Origin: a virus
Lineage: Duplodnaviria > Heunggongvirae > Uroviricota > Caudoviricetes
Reading direction: 5' to 3' (one strand)
Virus record (IMG/VR): IMGVR_UViG_3300023371_000094
DNA: 64,000 bases
Within the stretch, counting starts at the first letter, position 1, and every line of letters starts with the position of its first letter. Positions 1 through 10,386 of this stretch are shown one piece after another. The translations under genes and the position numbers were made by a program. Under the pieces are notes generated by a model. The model was not told the DNA's origin. It saw only the letters and a program-made list of their open reading frames with translations, and ran no database searches.

Positions 1-236
1 TATATCCCGACGGTTATCCCGACGGATTGAAGAACATCGTTCTTCTGTTTGCGAAGGGGTACCGTACATCGCACCCCGTTCACGGCGATTGGACTTACAA
101 CGGAACGGTCGTTGCAAAGAACGTGTGGGGTAAGCGTACTCGCGCACCCAGTAATTTCCTTGACGAAGCCGTAAGTGAATTTAACGGCGCATCGGCGGGA
201 GTTGCGACGGCTTACCTTGAGGGCGAATATGTATAA
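1..236 (+). CDS. Hypothetical protein, 3' part; the frame is open to window position 3, so the gene starts upstream of the window. Its position immediately upstream of the tape measure gene suggests a tail assembly chaperone.
   Basis: Open frame from the window edge, no upstream stop; synteny only. Confidence 0.35.
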   Translation, partial: YPDGYPDGLKNIVLLFAKGYRTSHPVHGDWTYNGTVVAKNVWGKRTRAPSNFLDEAVSEFNGASAGVATAYLEGEYV

Positions 237-294
237 ACGAGAAAATCCAAGCCCACTTTGGTGGGCTTTCAAAATAAAATAAAGGAGGAGAAAA

Positions 295-3200
295 ATGGCA
301 GATAATGTAGTTGGCATTAGATTTGGTGTCGCTGGTGGCAGTAGTATCAGTGGCGAGTCCGGTCAGCTTATCAAGTCACAACTGGAAGAGCTATCTAAAC
401 AGATACATCTAAAAGTCAACATTGACAAAAATCATTTTACCCAACAATTAACATCATTAAAAGCCGAGCTTGAGAAAACGCTTGGCGATTTAAAAATAAC
501 AATCAAAACGGATAATGTTACTGCCACTCAAGGGAATGGTGGTACCTCCTCCGGTGGAGCAGGAGGAAGCTCCGCAAATGCTCAAGCGTCAGCTTACGAC
601 AATCTTAGACGACAGCTTGAGGCGCTATCCATCGCTCAGCAAAGGCAGATAAAAAATGATGCCGAGGGTGGTGTTACTGCTACAATAGCAGAACAAAAAA
701 TAAGAGATTTGACTGCCGCATATAGTGGCAATCGAAGAGAAGCTTTAGCTAATGGTAACATTACTAAGGAACAGGCAGATTCTCTGGATCAGTATGCGCA
801 AAGCCTTGACAGAGCTTTACAGATGGAGCAGAAGCGTGCATCAAACACAGATGCCACATCGAAGCTCGAAATGAGCTATGCGAAACTACAAAGAAATGCA
901 CAATCGCTATACACGGATGGCGGCTTTGATAAAGTCATTGCCAGAAGTAAAGAGGCGAGACAAATCGTTGACGATTTTAACGCAAAGGTAAATAGCGCAT
1001 TTACCGATGATATGAGCATAGAAGACAAGCAAGCCGCTGTCAAAAAGCTCAATCAAGAGTTTATTGGCACACAGAGTCAGTTAAAGAAAATACAAAGGGA
1101 AACTGATACACTTGGTAATAAGCTCAAGGATACCTTTACAAGTAAAATTCTTCAAACGTTTGCGTATGCGATTATAGGAATCGCTACACGAGCCCTTAAA
1201 CAGCTATATCAAAATGTAGTTGAGCTTGATAGGGCTATAACCGATTTGCAGATCGCAAGTGGAAAAACGCGAGAAGAAACAGAGGAACTAATAAAAGCAT
1301 ATAGTAAACTCGCGAAGCAACTTGGAGCTACAACACTTGAGGTTGCGCAAAGTGCTGATACTTGGCTTCGTCAAGGTTACTCAATTGAAGAAGCAAACAC
1401 CCTTATTTATGCAAGTATGATGCTTTCTAAGCTCGGTCAGATAGAGTCTGCCGAAGCCTCCAAAGCCCTTACGAGCGCAATGAAGGGATACAAAAAGGAA
1501 GTAGAAGAGGCTACCGATATTGTCGATAAGTTCACTGCCGTCGATATGGAAGCGGCGGTAAGTGCGGGCGATATTGCTACAGCAATGGCTGAAACAGCTA
1601 CGAGCGCAGACATTGCTGGTGTTTCAATGAACAAGCTTATCGGCTACATAGCGACCGTTGCAGAAGTAACGCAGGACGGCGCAGAGAGTGTTGGTACATT
1701 CTATAAAACCTTGTTCGCTCGAATGAATCAGGTTGCCGCCGGCAACTTCATAGATGAAGAGACAGGGGAAAGTCTGAATGATGTCGAGACAGTTCTTAAT
1801 GAACTTGGAATTGCGCTTAGAGACACCAACGGTATTTTTAGATCATCTGGTGATGTCCTTGATGAAGTAGCATCTAAGTGGGAGAACTTTGACAACGTTG
1901 AACAGCACGCAATCGCTACCGCTTTCGCGGGTACTCGTCAGCAGGAAAAGTTTATTGTTCTTATGGAGAACTACGGAGACGCGCTTGATTACGCGGCAAC
2001 CGCAGCAGACTCTGCTGGCACGGCGCAAGAAAAGTACACAGAGGCGTATGTTGAAAGTATTGATGCTTCTATAAACAAGCTTACTACATCGTGGGAGAGT
2101 TTTTCACAAACCATTTTGAGTAGCGATCTTGTCGTAACATTAGTGGACATAATGAGCACATTGGTCAACGTGATTGATGCTGTTCTATCGTTTGGGGATT
2201 CGATGATCCCGACACTTGCTCTTGTTGGTGTTTCAGTAGTGTTGCTCGGCAAGTTAATAACTAAAGTTTTTGGTGGAGCTCTTACAAGTTGGGGCGATTT
2301 CGTTGCCGCTATTCAGCTTGGCACTCAAACAATTGGGCAAGCTTTGCTTACTTTAGCAAAGAACCCTATGCTTTATATTACCGTTTTAATTACTGCCTTC
2401 ACTACGTTTTCAGATAAGATGCCGCCTTTGGCGCAAATTATCGTTGGTGCAGTAATGCTGATCGGTACCGGCATAGCTATCGCTTGTAAAATGGCGAATA
2501 CAGCTATTTGGGGCTTTATGTCCAACAACCCTCTGGGTTGGATTTTACTTGCAATTACGGCAGTTGTTTTGGCAATCACATCGGTTGTTAAGGCGATTGT
2601 AGGTTTTGCAAACGCATCAACTAAGGCAAAAGAGGAAGCGGTCGATGCCGCAGAAGCATCCAAAGAGGCTTGGGAAGATGCTGCGAAGGCAGTCGAAGAT
2701 CTGAATGAAAAGCTTGTATCCGCAAAGGACAGATTGAAAGAACTGCAAAAGCAGAGTAACAACGGTAAAATAACTCTCGTTGAGCAAGAGGAAATGGAAA
2801 GACTCGAAGCTTCAATTGCTCAGCTTGAAGCAGAGAAAGCATTACTCGAAGACGTCGAGCAAGCCAAACGGAAAGAAGCAGAGAAAGATGCTTCAACCGC
2901 CGTCGGCACAATCCTTGATGAAAAACTTTCTGACGCATACGTTCAAGAAGACAACACATTCTGGAATGGTGTTGGGCGTTCTCTTGCTTCTGTTCTTACA
3001 TTGGGCATATCTGATGCATTTGGTTACGGTATAAGTGACTGGTCTGTAAAGACAACGAGTGCTCAGGACTATGTCGATCAAATTCTTGGCGATTGGCAAA
3101 ATGCAACAGAACAGCAAAGAAACTATGTATTTGATTTCTATCAGCAGCTTTCAGACCAAAAGGATATGCTCACTTATCATAGTGGTGAAAATCTTGAACA

Positions 3201-4659
3201 ATGGCAGAAAGATGCTAACGAAGCTTATAATACATATTATAAATACTTACACAAAATTGCAATTGCAGAAGGTAACTTTGATTCTGTTTGGAAGTCCGTT
3301 ATTACGATGGAGCGCTTCCCGGATATACAAAAAACGCTTAAGCAATGGGCAAATGAAGGAATAGTTAGCACAGACAGCATAAAGAACCTTTATGACACCA
3401 ATCCCGCGTTCAAACAGATGGTTGATTATCTCATTGAGATTGGAATGTTCTCGTGGGAAGATGCCAGTGCCATAGAAGGTCTCGTTAATCAAATTAACGC
3501 AATGGCTGACGCGGCTAAGGTTCTTGCTGAAAAGTCGTTTCTGGACATATTGAATGATATAGAAGGAAAGTTTGACTCCTTGAACTCTGCGCTTGAAAGC
3601 ATTACCGACAATGGTATTGTCGCGTCTGATGCTATCGTTGATCTGCTCGATAAGTATCCCGATTTGCTGAAATATTTTGATATGACCAATCAAGGGTTCC
3701 AATTAAAAGGAGCTTATGCGGGTTGGAGCAATTCTGATATTCTCAATGATTTTGCTACGGGATATCTACAAAAATATGTTGATAAGCTTGCGGCGTGTGA
3801 GCAGGGAACAGAAAATTACAATATAGCTCAAGGCAATCTTAATAACGCAATTGCGGTCATGGCTACGTTATTGAGGAGTGCTGCTCTTGAAGAACAAACC
3901 GAAGCGCTCGAAAAACAAAAAGATGCTCTCGATGAAGAGCTTGATAGGTATAAAGAGCTTATCGATATGAGAAAAGACCTCTTGGAGACATATAAGGAGG
4001 AATTAGATTATCGTAAAGAACTGGAAAAGAAAGAGCAGAATATAGCAAGCCTGCAAACTCAATTGTCGCTGGCGCGTTTGGATAATTCCGAGGCAGGAAA
4101 AGCTCGCGCAAGAGAGTTAAAGGGTGAGCTTGATAAGGCGCAAGAAGAGCTGGACGATTTCACTTTAGAGCACGCCATCGACGTTTTAACTGAAGAACTT
4201 GATTCTTCATACGACGAGTACGAAAAGCTTATTAGCAGAGAAGTTGACAGAATCACTGCGGCAATCGATGGTCTTGCGGCAAGCTTAAACATTACCCCCG
4301 TTGTCCCCGCACCTACTGAGCAACACCATACCGGTGGCTTTGCTGGTAGCGGAGCAATTCTCAAAGACAACGAGATTTTTGCAAAGCTCTTGAATGGCGA
4401 ATTCGTTTCCACCCCCGCCCAAATGAGCAAGTTCTTGAGAGATACTTATCCCAAAATGCTTGGTATGGCGCAGAGTGGCAATGGCGGTATTCAGTATAAC
4501 GCGCCTATTGTCGCTATCAGATGCGACTCGGTTACCGAGGATACTATGCCTACCCTCAAGAAGGTAGTTAAGCAAGCGGTGGACGAGGTCAAGAAGGAAA
4601 TTGACAGCGCATTCAGCAGGACAGGCTACCGTAGGGAAGTCAATAAATTTTCAATATAA
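295..4659 (+). CDS. Phage tail tape measure protein (1454 aa)
   Basis: Strong RBS (aaaggaggagaaaaATG); very long alpha-helical, coiled-coil-rich sequence; central hydrophobic/TM-like segments (around nt 2200-2600); followed by the Dit/Tal gene order typical of siphophages. Confidence 0.9.
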   Translation: MADNVVGIRFGVAGGSSISGESGQLIKSQLEELSKQIHLKVNIDKNHFTQQLTSLKAELEKTLGDLKITIKTDNVTATQGNGGTSSGGAGGSSANAQASAYDNLRRQLEALSIAQQRQIKNDAEGGVTATIAEQKIRDLTAAYSGNRREALANGNITKEQADSLDQYAQSLDRALQMEQKRASNTDATSKLEMSYAKLQRNAQSLYTDGGFDKVIARSKEARQIVDDFNAKVNSAFTDDMSIEDKQAAVKKLNQEFIGTQSQLKKIQRETDTLGNKLKDTFTSKILQTFAYAIIGIATRALKQLYQNVVELDRAITDLQIASGKTREETEELIKAYSKLAKQLGATTLEVAQSADTWLRQGYSIEEANTLIYASMMLSKLGQIESAEASKALTSAMKGYKKEVEEATDIVDKFTAVDMEAAVSAGDIATAMAETATSADIAGVSMNKLIGYIATVAEVTQDGAESVGTFYKTLFARMNQVAAGNFIDEETGESLNDVETVLNELGIALRDTNGIFRSSGDVLDEVASKWENFDNVEQHAIATAFAGTRQQEKFIVLMENYGDALDYAATAADSAGTAQEKYTEAYVESIDASINKLTTSWESFSQTILSSDLVVTLVDIMSTLVNVIDAVLSFGDSMIPTLALVGVSVVLLGKLITKVFGGALTSWGDFVAAIQLGTQTIGQALLTLAKNPMLYITVLITAFTTFSDKMPPLAQIIVGAVMLIGTGIAIACKMANTAIWGFMSNNPLGWILLAITAVVLAITSVVKAIVGFANASTKAKEEAVDAAEASKEAWEDAAKAVEDLNEKLVSAKDRLKELQKQSNNGKITLVEQEEMERLEASIAQLEAEKALLEDVEQAKRKEAEKDASTAVGTILDEKLSDAYVQEDNTFWNGVGRSLASVLTLGISDAFGYGISDWSVKTTSAQDYVDQILGDWQNATEQQRNYVFDFYQQLSDQKDMLTYHSGENLEQWQKDANEAYNTYYKYLHKIAIAEGNFDSVWKSVITMERFPDIQKTLKQWANEGIVSTDSIKNLYDTNPAFKQMVDYLIEIGMFSWEDASAIEGLVNQINAMADAAKVLAEKSFLDILNDIEGKFDSLNSALESITDNGIVASDAIVDLLDKYPDLLKYFDMTNQGFQLKGAYAGWSNSDILNDFATGYLQKYVDKLAACEQGTENYNIAQGNLNNAIAVMATLLRSAALEEQTEALEKQKDALDEELDRYKELIDMRKDLLETYKEELDYRKELEKKEQNIASLQTQLSLARLDNSEAGKARARELKGELDKAQEELDDFTLEHAIDVLTEELDSSYDEYEKLISREVDRITAAIDGLAASLNITPVVPAPTEQHHTGGFAGSGAILKDNEIFAKLLNGEFVSTPAQMSKFLRDTYPKMLGMAQSGNGGIQYNAPIVAIRCDSVTEDTMPTLKKVVKQAVDEVKKEIDSAFSRTGYRREVNKFSI

Positions 4660-4707
4660 CCAAGAGCCGTTGCAACACACGGCTCTTTTACTATAGAAAG
4701 GAGTATT

Positions 4708-5490
4708 ATGTTTAACGCTACATACTTTACATATGACGGCGTGTATTCCGGGGCTTACAATCTGAAGATTGCTTCGTTTGACAGTGAAACCGTCGAAGAT
4801 ACTGCGGTGTTCGCGCCGACATTGAACATAACGAAATCGGCGAGAGCTCGTAGATTTTTGCACAACGGCATTGAATATGATGACGCTCCTGAATATACAT
4901 TCAGCATCATTTCTCAAGAAGCGATTTCGGATGCGCAAAGGAGAGAGATACTGACTTGGCTGGTTGGCAGAAATGATTTCAAAAAGCTTCAGATGCACCA
5001 GCCTGAGTTCGAAGACTATTATTACAACTGCGTTTTTACAAGCGCAGATTTAATATATGTCAGAGGAAGGTGCCACGGCTTTACCGTAACGGCAAAATTC
5101 GACTCCATATTTGCATATGGCAGACCGAAGAAAATAACCGTGACAGGAACTGGCACGACGCAGACCGTAAAAATTGTCAACAATTCCGATATCCCAGATG
5201 ATTACATCTATCCCATCGTAACTTTCACAATGACGGAAGAGGGAAATGTAACCATTCTGAATACGAGTGAAGCGGTTCAAGCTGAGTTCAAGTTTACTGG
5301 AGTAAGGAATACTGAAACAATCACGGTTGATAACGAACTCAAAATAATCGAAAGCACAATTGGAGGGGACAGGCTTTCCCTCTTTAATAAAAATTGGCTT
5401 AGGTTGCAGCACGGCGTTAATGTCCTTCAAATAACCCTTAAAGGAACGATGACGATTACAGTGCCGACCTATGCTATGATAGGATTCTAA
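4708..5490 (+). CDS. Distal tail protein (Dit-like phage tail component)
   Basis: 260 aa; immediately downstream of the tape measure gene and upstream of the Tal-like gene; RBS gaaaggag. Confidence 0.65.
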   Translation: MFNATYFTYDGVYSGAYNLKIASFDSETVEDTAVFAPTLNITKSARARRFLHNGIEYDDAPEYTFSIISQEAISDAQRREILTWLVGRNDFKKLQMHQPEFEDYYYNCVFTSADLIYVRGRCHGFTVTAKFDSIFAYGRPKKITVTGTGTTQTVKIVNNSDIPDDYIYPIVTFTMTEEGNVTILNTSEAVQAEFKFTGVRNTETITVDNELKIIESTIGGDRLSLFNKNWLRLQHGVNVLQITLKGTMTITVPTYAMIGF

Positions 5491-5503
5491 AAAGGAGGAA
5501 TAC

Positions 5504-8500
5504 ATGGAATTCTTGTTTGATCACTATAAGAAGATTAAGGATCCAATCCTGTATCTTCACAATCCCGACATGAAACCCATTAGCGCAATCAAGGCGCGAA
5601 ACAGGAATTTCGTGTTGAGGTTCAATGACCTCTCGGAGCTTACGTTTGAAGCTCCAAAGTACGAAAAGAGTAAAGACGGAACGATGTTTGAACTTCCGTA
5701 CTACTCTCGTCTGGCGACCAAAAGACTTATCAAGATTGATGAAATCGGTTGGTTCCAGATTACTCAAGCGGTAGAAAACGAAGATGGCTTAACCGCCTAT
5801 ATGTCCATTACCGCGCAATCACATCAGTGCGCGTTCAAAGAGAAAGGATTTTTCTGCGAAGGAAGACTTTACAAATTCTACGATGAGTCCGATCCTTATG
5901 ACGTAAACTATGATTCAGATAAAGAAGATTCAATTCCTTCGGTTGTCGGTCAGCTTTATCAGCAGTTGGGCATCAAGGTGGCAATTTCGCCAGACGAATC
6001 CGAACCCGACGTGGACTACGGCGATTGGACAATCGTATGGGTTGACCACAGTTTGAAATATGTCAAAGGCAGTAAACAAAATGTTTGCAGAGCTTTTAAG
6101 GAGAACAGTGCTACGTACGCCTATGACTTTATGGTCAACTCTGTGGAAAACGCTTTTGAAGTAATCTTTGATTTCGACTTTATGCATCACGCAATTAAAG
6201 TCAAGAGAGTCGAAGACATTGCGCAGCAGACAAATATATATCTTTCGTTCGATAATGTAATGAATGAATTGCAGACTACTGAAAAGGCGGACGATATCGT
6301 TACCGTACTGAACTGCTCCGGTACAGATCTTGATATAAGAACTGTAAACCCAACGGGTACAAATTACATTGTTGACTTCAGCTACTATATGGATGAGATC
6401 AATTATCATTGGATGTCGCAAGCACTTATCGATAAGATTAAAGCTTGGAAGGCTCTTGTCGATAGCAAGAAGGCAGAATACACTGACCTCGTGTCCGATC
6501 TGCGCGAGGCGTATGAAGCACACACAGAAGCATCTTCTGAAACTGCATACACCAGAAAAAAGGTTCAAGACTTAGAAACTGTCAGAGACCAATATGCTCT
6601 TAAAACGGTACAAGATGATGCTATCTTTTTAGCCGAATCTTTTGATGTAATATATGATTGGGAACAACCTCCTACTGACGAAGGGTATGATATAGGTGAC
6701 GTTGTAATGTATGACGGAGAAACCTATAAATCTCTTAAAAGTAAAAACGTGTCTGTTCCCGACAAGACGAAGATAAATAACAATGACTGGAAGCTATATA
6801 GTATTCGCAAAAGTTTAGACGAGAGTACGTTCTATGCTACATCACATCCAAAGCCCGGGGACGTTTGGCAGTTTTCAACCACTCAACCAACATTAAGCAG
6901 TGGAACTTTCGCAATTAGTTCAGGGGTGACGAATACCTTGGCTGGCGTTTTAACAGATTGGGCTGACGAAAAAGACATTTACTTTATAGATAGCGACTTG
7001 AAAACATACTGTAAGGTTGTCCGTGGTAGTAAGGTTGATCAAACTACAGGCGAAGAGATTCAGCATGTCGCGGCAATTGAAAGATATAGCACTTATTCCG
7101 ATGTGTCCAGATGGCTAACTGCTTGGGGAAAACTTGATGACGAACAACAAGCGCTCGTTGATGAGTATGAGGCAAACGCAAATGAAATTGCCGTAGATAT
7201 GCAAGCGATTGCCGAAGAAGCCAATATTTTGAGTTATTTCAAAGATACCCCAGCCCTATTATCAGAATTACGCCACTATTGGATAGAGGGAGATTATAAC
7301 AATGACACACTTGCTGTTTTAGATAGTACCAAGCCAGAGGAAGCAATTGACTTGGCGAGAGAGCTTCTTGCTTGTGGCGAAAAAGAGATTGCTCGTGTCT
7401 GCCAGCCTCGATTTTCCATTAGTGTGAATTCTATAAAATTCATCAAAATATATGCCTTCCGTCAATTTATGTATGAACTTGCATTGGGCAAGGTAATTAC
7501 TATTGAGAAAACGAAGGACGTATATTATTATCCCGCATTGACACAGATGAGATTTAGCTTGGAAAACGGCGACGATACTTTTGAACTTGTTTTTTCAAAT
7601 GCTCTTAAATTGAATGACTGGGGTTATACTTTTGCCGATTTAATAACATCGGCTTCAAATACATCTAAAAATGTCATCTCTAATTGGAATGAACTTATGG
7701 ATTACAGCACGCATAAGAATTCCATCCAAGAACTGTTACTTAACCCCCTTGATAAAACATTGCGTCTTGCAGAGAAAAATATGAGCAACCAAGAATTTGT
7801 TATTGACAATACGGGCATTCTTGGAAGAAGGCGCAAGGCTGAGGATTTATTTGAAAAAGAACAGGTGCGTATGATAAATAACGTTATCCTCTTTACGGAT
7901 GACAGTTGGCAAACTGTTAAAACGGCTCTTGGTAAGGTTGCATATACCGACTATGATGGTGATGGGAACCCCATCGAGAAGCAAGCATACGGATTATTAG
8001 CGGAAGTAATAGTTGGTTCTTTGATGCTGGGCAATCAGTTAAAAATTTCCAACGAAGGCGGATATATTACCCTCGATCAAAACGGCATAACGATAAAAAA
8101 TAGTCAGAGCAAAGCAACTGTTTTTCAAGCAAATGTAACGGGAGACGCCTACTTTTACGGAAATATTTCTGTAAGAAGCCTGATAAGCAACAATAACACA
8201 TTTGAAATTGACGAAGATGGAAACGTTACCTGCAGCAATATAACGATTACAGGTGGCGTAATTCAATCTGCTGGTTTTGATGCTGATGAAAAAAGAGAAA
8301 GCGTGTCTGGCAACGTTGTTGACACACCTAAAAACCCTACTCAAATCCTTCGACCTTCCGAGGGTACCACTGGACACTTCAGCTACATCATGAGAGGGAC
8401 ATTTACGGTTGATTCAGCAGACCAATTGACCGACGCAGCTATAAGCCAAGTTAGATATAAATACAACGGTCATATAACCAGTGGCAATTTTACTAATGCC

Positions 8501-9853
8501 GTAGTTACATTTTCGGGTAATGTGGTAACTTATGAATGCGTGTTGACTACATCAGCAATTCTTTTCAACACTATGAACGGATTGTATCCGACGGAATTAT
8601 CGGCTGTGATTGCTTGGGGTGGGTATAAGGTAACTGGATTTACCTGCACATCGGGCGCAAAGATTGATTTGAGCGCTTCGCCATATATAGTATTCCCGAA
8701 TTTCACAGTTGATGCTGACGGCATATTGACTGCGACTGGTGCTAATATCGAAGGCACCATTAACGCAATAGATGGTAATATTGGAGCGTTTCAAATTACT
8801 GGTGATGGACTTGAGAGTGAGTATATTAAGCTTAACGCGCAGTCCATCTTTTTCCCAACGCAGGCAATATTTAATTTGGCTAACGACGTTACTATATATA
8901 ACGAGGACACCGTATCTTACATAGCTACCTCTGGAAATAGAGATTTCGAAATAAAAAACATTGGTGGCGCGGGTATAAGATTCAAAGCAAATACGGCAAG
9001 CGAAACTGTAACGCAAACTATAACCCTCAATAATTTTGTCGGCAGTGAACAAGATGAAGATGAATATGTTGGATCAGGATTCGCTTGTAGCGTAACTTGC
9101 AATTATGGTATAAGCAACAGCGGAGTTCTTCTTGTACCTTATCACGTGACATTCTATCTCAAGTATGCTATTCAAGAATGGACATTACTCAATGGGTGGG
9201 TTGACAAAACTACTTACGAGAAAGAACTCTCATATGATATCCCAAAGGGAAGCAATTCGGGAAGTATAAAATTTGAGCAGGTTCATATAAGAAAAAACAG
9301 CACGCAAAAGTTTGTTGTTAAGGGTGTTTCTATCGATAAAAGTTCTTATGGCAGCAGCGTCGCTTTTAGTTCGGTTAACATCAGTGCAACAAACAATATT
9401 TTATACTCTCTTGGAAGCTTTTGCCCGAATACTTCCGCAACTTCTTCGTCTGGATATCTTTTGGGCGATGATACTCACGTTTGGCGTAGTGTTAGAGCGT
9501 ATACTGCCTCAATCACTACCAGTGACGCACGACAAAAACACAGCGTAGAACCACTTTCGGAATCTTATGAAGAGTTTTTTGATGGGCTGGAACCTGTTTC
9601 TTTCATCTATGAAAAGGCGGACAGTAACAGGCGGCACGTTGGTTTTATCGCTCAGGACGTTGAGCAAAGCCTACTTAGAGCCGGTATTAGCTTACAAGAT
9701 TTTGCCGGAGTATGCATCGGATCCGATGAAGATAAAACATATGGATTGCGTTACGAGGAATTTATCGCTATAAATACTTTGCAAATCCAAAAACTAAAGG
9801 CACGAGTTGCCGAACTTGAAAAAGAAATAAAGGAACTTAAAGGAGAAATCTAA
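5504..9853 (+). CDS. Tail-associated protein (Tal / prophage tail endopeptidase family N-terminus) with a C-terminal S74-type intramolecular-chaperone autoprocessing domain
   Basis: N-terminal region resembles the phage minor structural protein / tail endopeptidase family; C-terminal motifs TTSDARQKHS...HVGFIAQDVEQ plus a terminal coiled coil (ARVAELEKEIKELKGEI) are typical of peptidase S74 chaperone domains of tail fibres and spikes. Confidence 0.8.
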   Translation: MEFLFDHYKKIKDPILYLHNPDMKPISAIKARNRNFVLRFNDLSELTFEAPKYEKSKDGTMFELPYYSRLATKRLIKIDEIGWFQITQAVENEDGLTAYMSITAQSHQCAFKEKGFFCEGRLYKFYDESDPYDVNYDSDKEDSIPSVVGQLYQQLGIKVAISPDESEPDVDYGDWTIVWVDHSLKYVKGSKQNVCRAFKENSATYAYDFMVNSVENAFEVIFDFDFMHHAIKVKRVEDIAQQTNIYLSFDNVMNELQTTEKADDIVTVLNCSGTDLDIRTVNPTGTNYIVDFSYYMDEINYHWMSQALIDKIKAWKALVDSKKAEYTDLVSDLREAYEAHTEASSETAYTRKKVQDLETVRDQYALKTVQDDAIFLAESFDVIYDWEQPPTDEGYDIGDVVMYDGETYKSLKSKNVSVPDKTKINNNDWKLYSIRKSLDESTFYATSHPKPGDVWQFSTTQPTLSSGTFAISSGVTNTLAGVLTDWADEKDIYFIDSDLKTYCKVVRGSKVDQTTGEEIQHVAAIERYSTYSDVSRWLTAWGKLDDEQQALVDEYEANANEIAVDMQAIAEEANILSYFKDTPALLSELRHYWIEGDYNNDTLAVLDSTKPEEAIDLARELLACGEKEIARVCQPRFSISVNSIKFIKIYAFRQFMYELALGKVITIEKTKDVYYYPALTQMRFSLENGDDTFELVFSNALKLNDWGYTFADLITSASNTSKNVISNWNELMDYSTHKNSIQELLLNPLDKTLRLAEKNMSNQEFVIDNTGILGRRRKAEDLFEKEQVRMINNVILFTDDSWQTVKTALGKVAYTDYDGDGNPIEKQAYGLLAEVIVGSLMLGNQLKISNEGGYITLDQNGITIKNSQSKATVFQANVTGDAYFYGNISVRSLISNNNTFEIDEDGNVTCSNITITGGVIQSAGFDADEKRESVSGNVVDTPKNPTQILRPSEGTTGHFSYIMRGTFTVDSADQLTDAAISQVRYKYNGHITSGNFTNAVVTFSGNVVTYECVLTTSAILFNTMNGLYPTELSAVIAWGGYKVTGFTCTSGAKIDLSASPYIVFPNFTVDADGILTATGANIEGTINAIDGNIGAFQITGDGLESEYIKLNAQSIFFPTQAIFNLANDVTIYNEDTVSYIATSGNRDFEIKNIGGAGIRFKANTASETVTQTITLNNFVGSEQDEDEYVGSGFACSVTCNYGISNSGVLLVPYHVTFYLKYAIQEWTLLNGWVDKTTYEKELSYDIPKGSNSGSIKFEQVHIRKNSTQKFVVKGVSIDKSSYGSSVAFSSVNISATNNILYSLGSFCPNTSATSSSGYLLGDDTHVWRSVRAYTASITTSDARQKHSVEPLSESYEEFFDGLEPVSFIYEKADSNRRHVGFIAQDVEQSLLRAGISLQDFAGVCIGSDEDKTYGLRYEEFIAINTLQIQKLKARVAELEKEIKELKGEI

Positions 9854-9854
9854 A

Positions 9855-10214
9855 ATGAAATTATCAACAATAATCAATGCACGGAGCGTGCTGGAAGGAT
9901 TTGCCGACAAAGAAGATATCGGCGCACATCTTTCTTACTGGATGACAAGGTTCATCGTTAAAACTCAAAGCGATCAAGAGTTTTACACAGCAGAAGTACG
10001 CAAGATATTTAGCAAACACGCCGAAACCAGAAAAGACGGGACAAGTATCGTTCCCAACGAGAAGGTATCAGATTTCCAAGCCGACGTTGCAAAACTCGGC
10101 GAAACGGAAGCTGAAGATCCGGGCATTCGTTTCAAGCTTGCGGAGCTTGCCGACAACCTTAAGTTGTCGATGAAGCAGATGTTCCCCTTGCTTGATTTTA
10201 TCGAGGAAGAATAA
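9855..10214 (+). CDS. Hypothetical protein with acidic C-terminus (possible tail fibre assembly helper)
   Basis: Translationally coupled to the Tal gene (stop and start 1 nt apart); followed by a rho-independent terminator. Confidence 0.45.
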   Translation: MKLSTIINARSVLEGFADKEDIGAHLSYWMTRFIVKTQSDQEFYTAEVRKIFSKHAETRKDGTSIVPNEKVSDFQADVAKLGETEAEDPGIRFKLAELADNLKLSMKQMFPLLDFIEEE

Positions 10215-10218
10215 GTAT

Positions 10219-10243
10219 AAGGGCGGGCAAAAGTCCGCCCCTT
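10219..10243 (+). terminator. Rho-independent terminator (gggcgggcaaaagtccgcccc followed by a T-rich tract)
   Basis: Perfect 8-bp GC stem with a 5-nt loop, then ttatatat. Confidence 0.7.
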
Positions 10244-10386
10244 ATATATGTGAATAGGCGAGTGTGAGATTTATAAAAGATATTCTTGCTATTGACAAAC
10301 TTAATCCGATTGGCTTATTAGCATCGGAAACCTGTGTTTTAGATGACTAAATAAAAAATAAGCAAAATGAAATAAAGGAGTAATAA

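Noticed and set aside
9400-9480. Possible VR-2 in the Tal gene (…LGSFCPNTSAT…), because of a weak peptide resemblance to the TR-2 end (AFGSCTICPTK)
   Set aside because: The nucleotide alignment shows many differences at non-adenine positions, so it is not a TR/VR pair.
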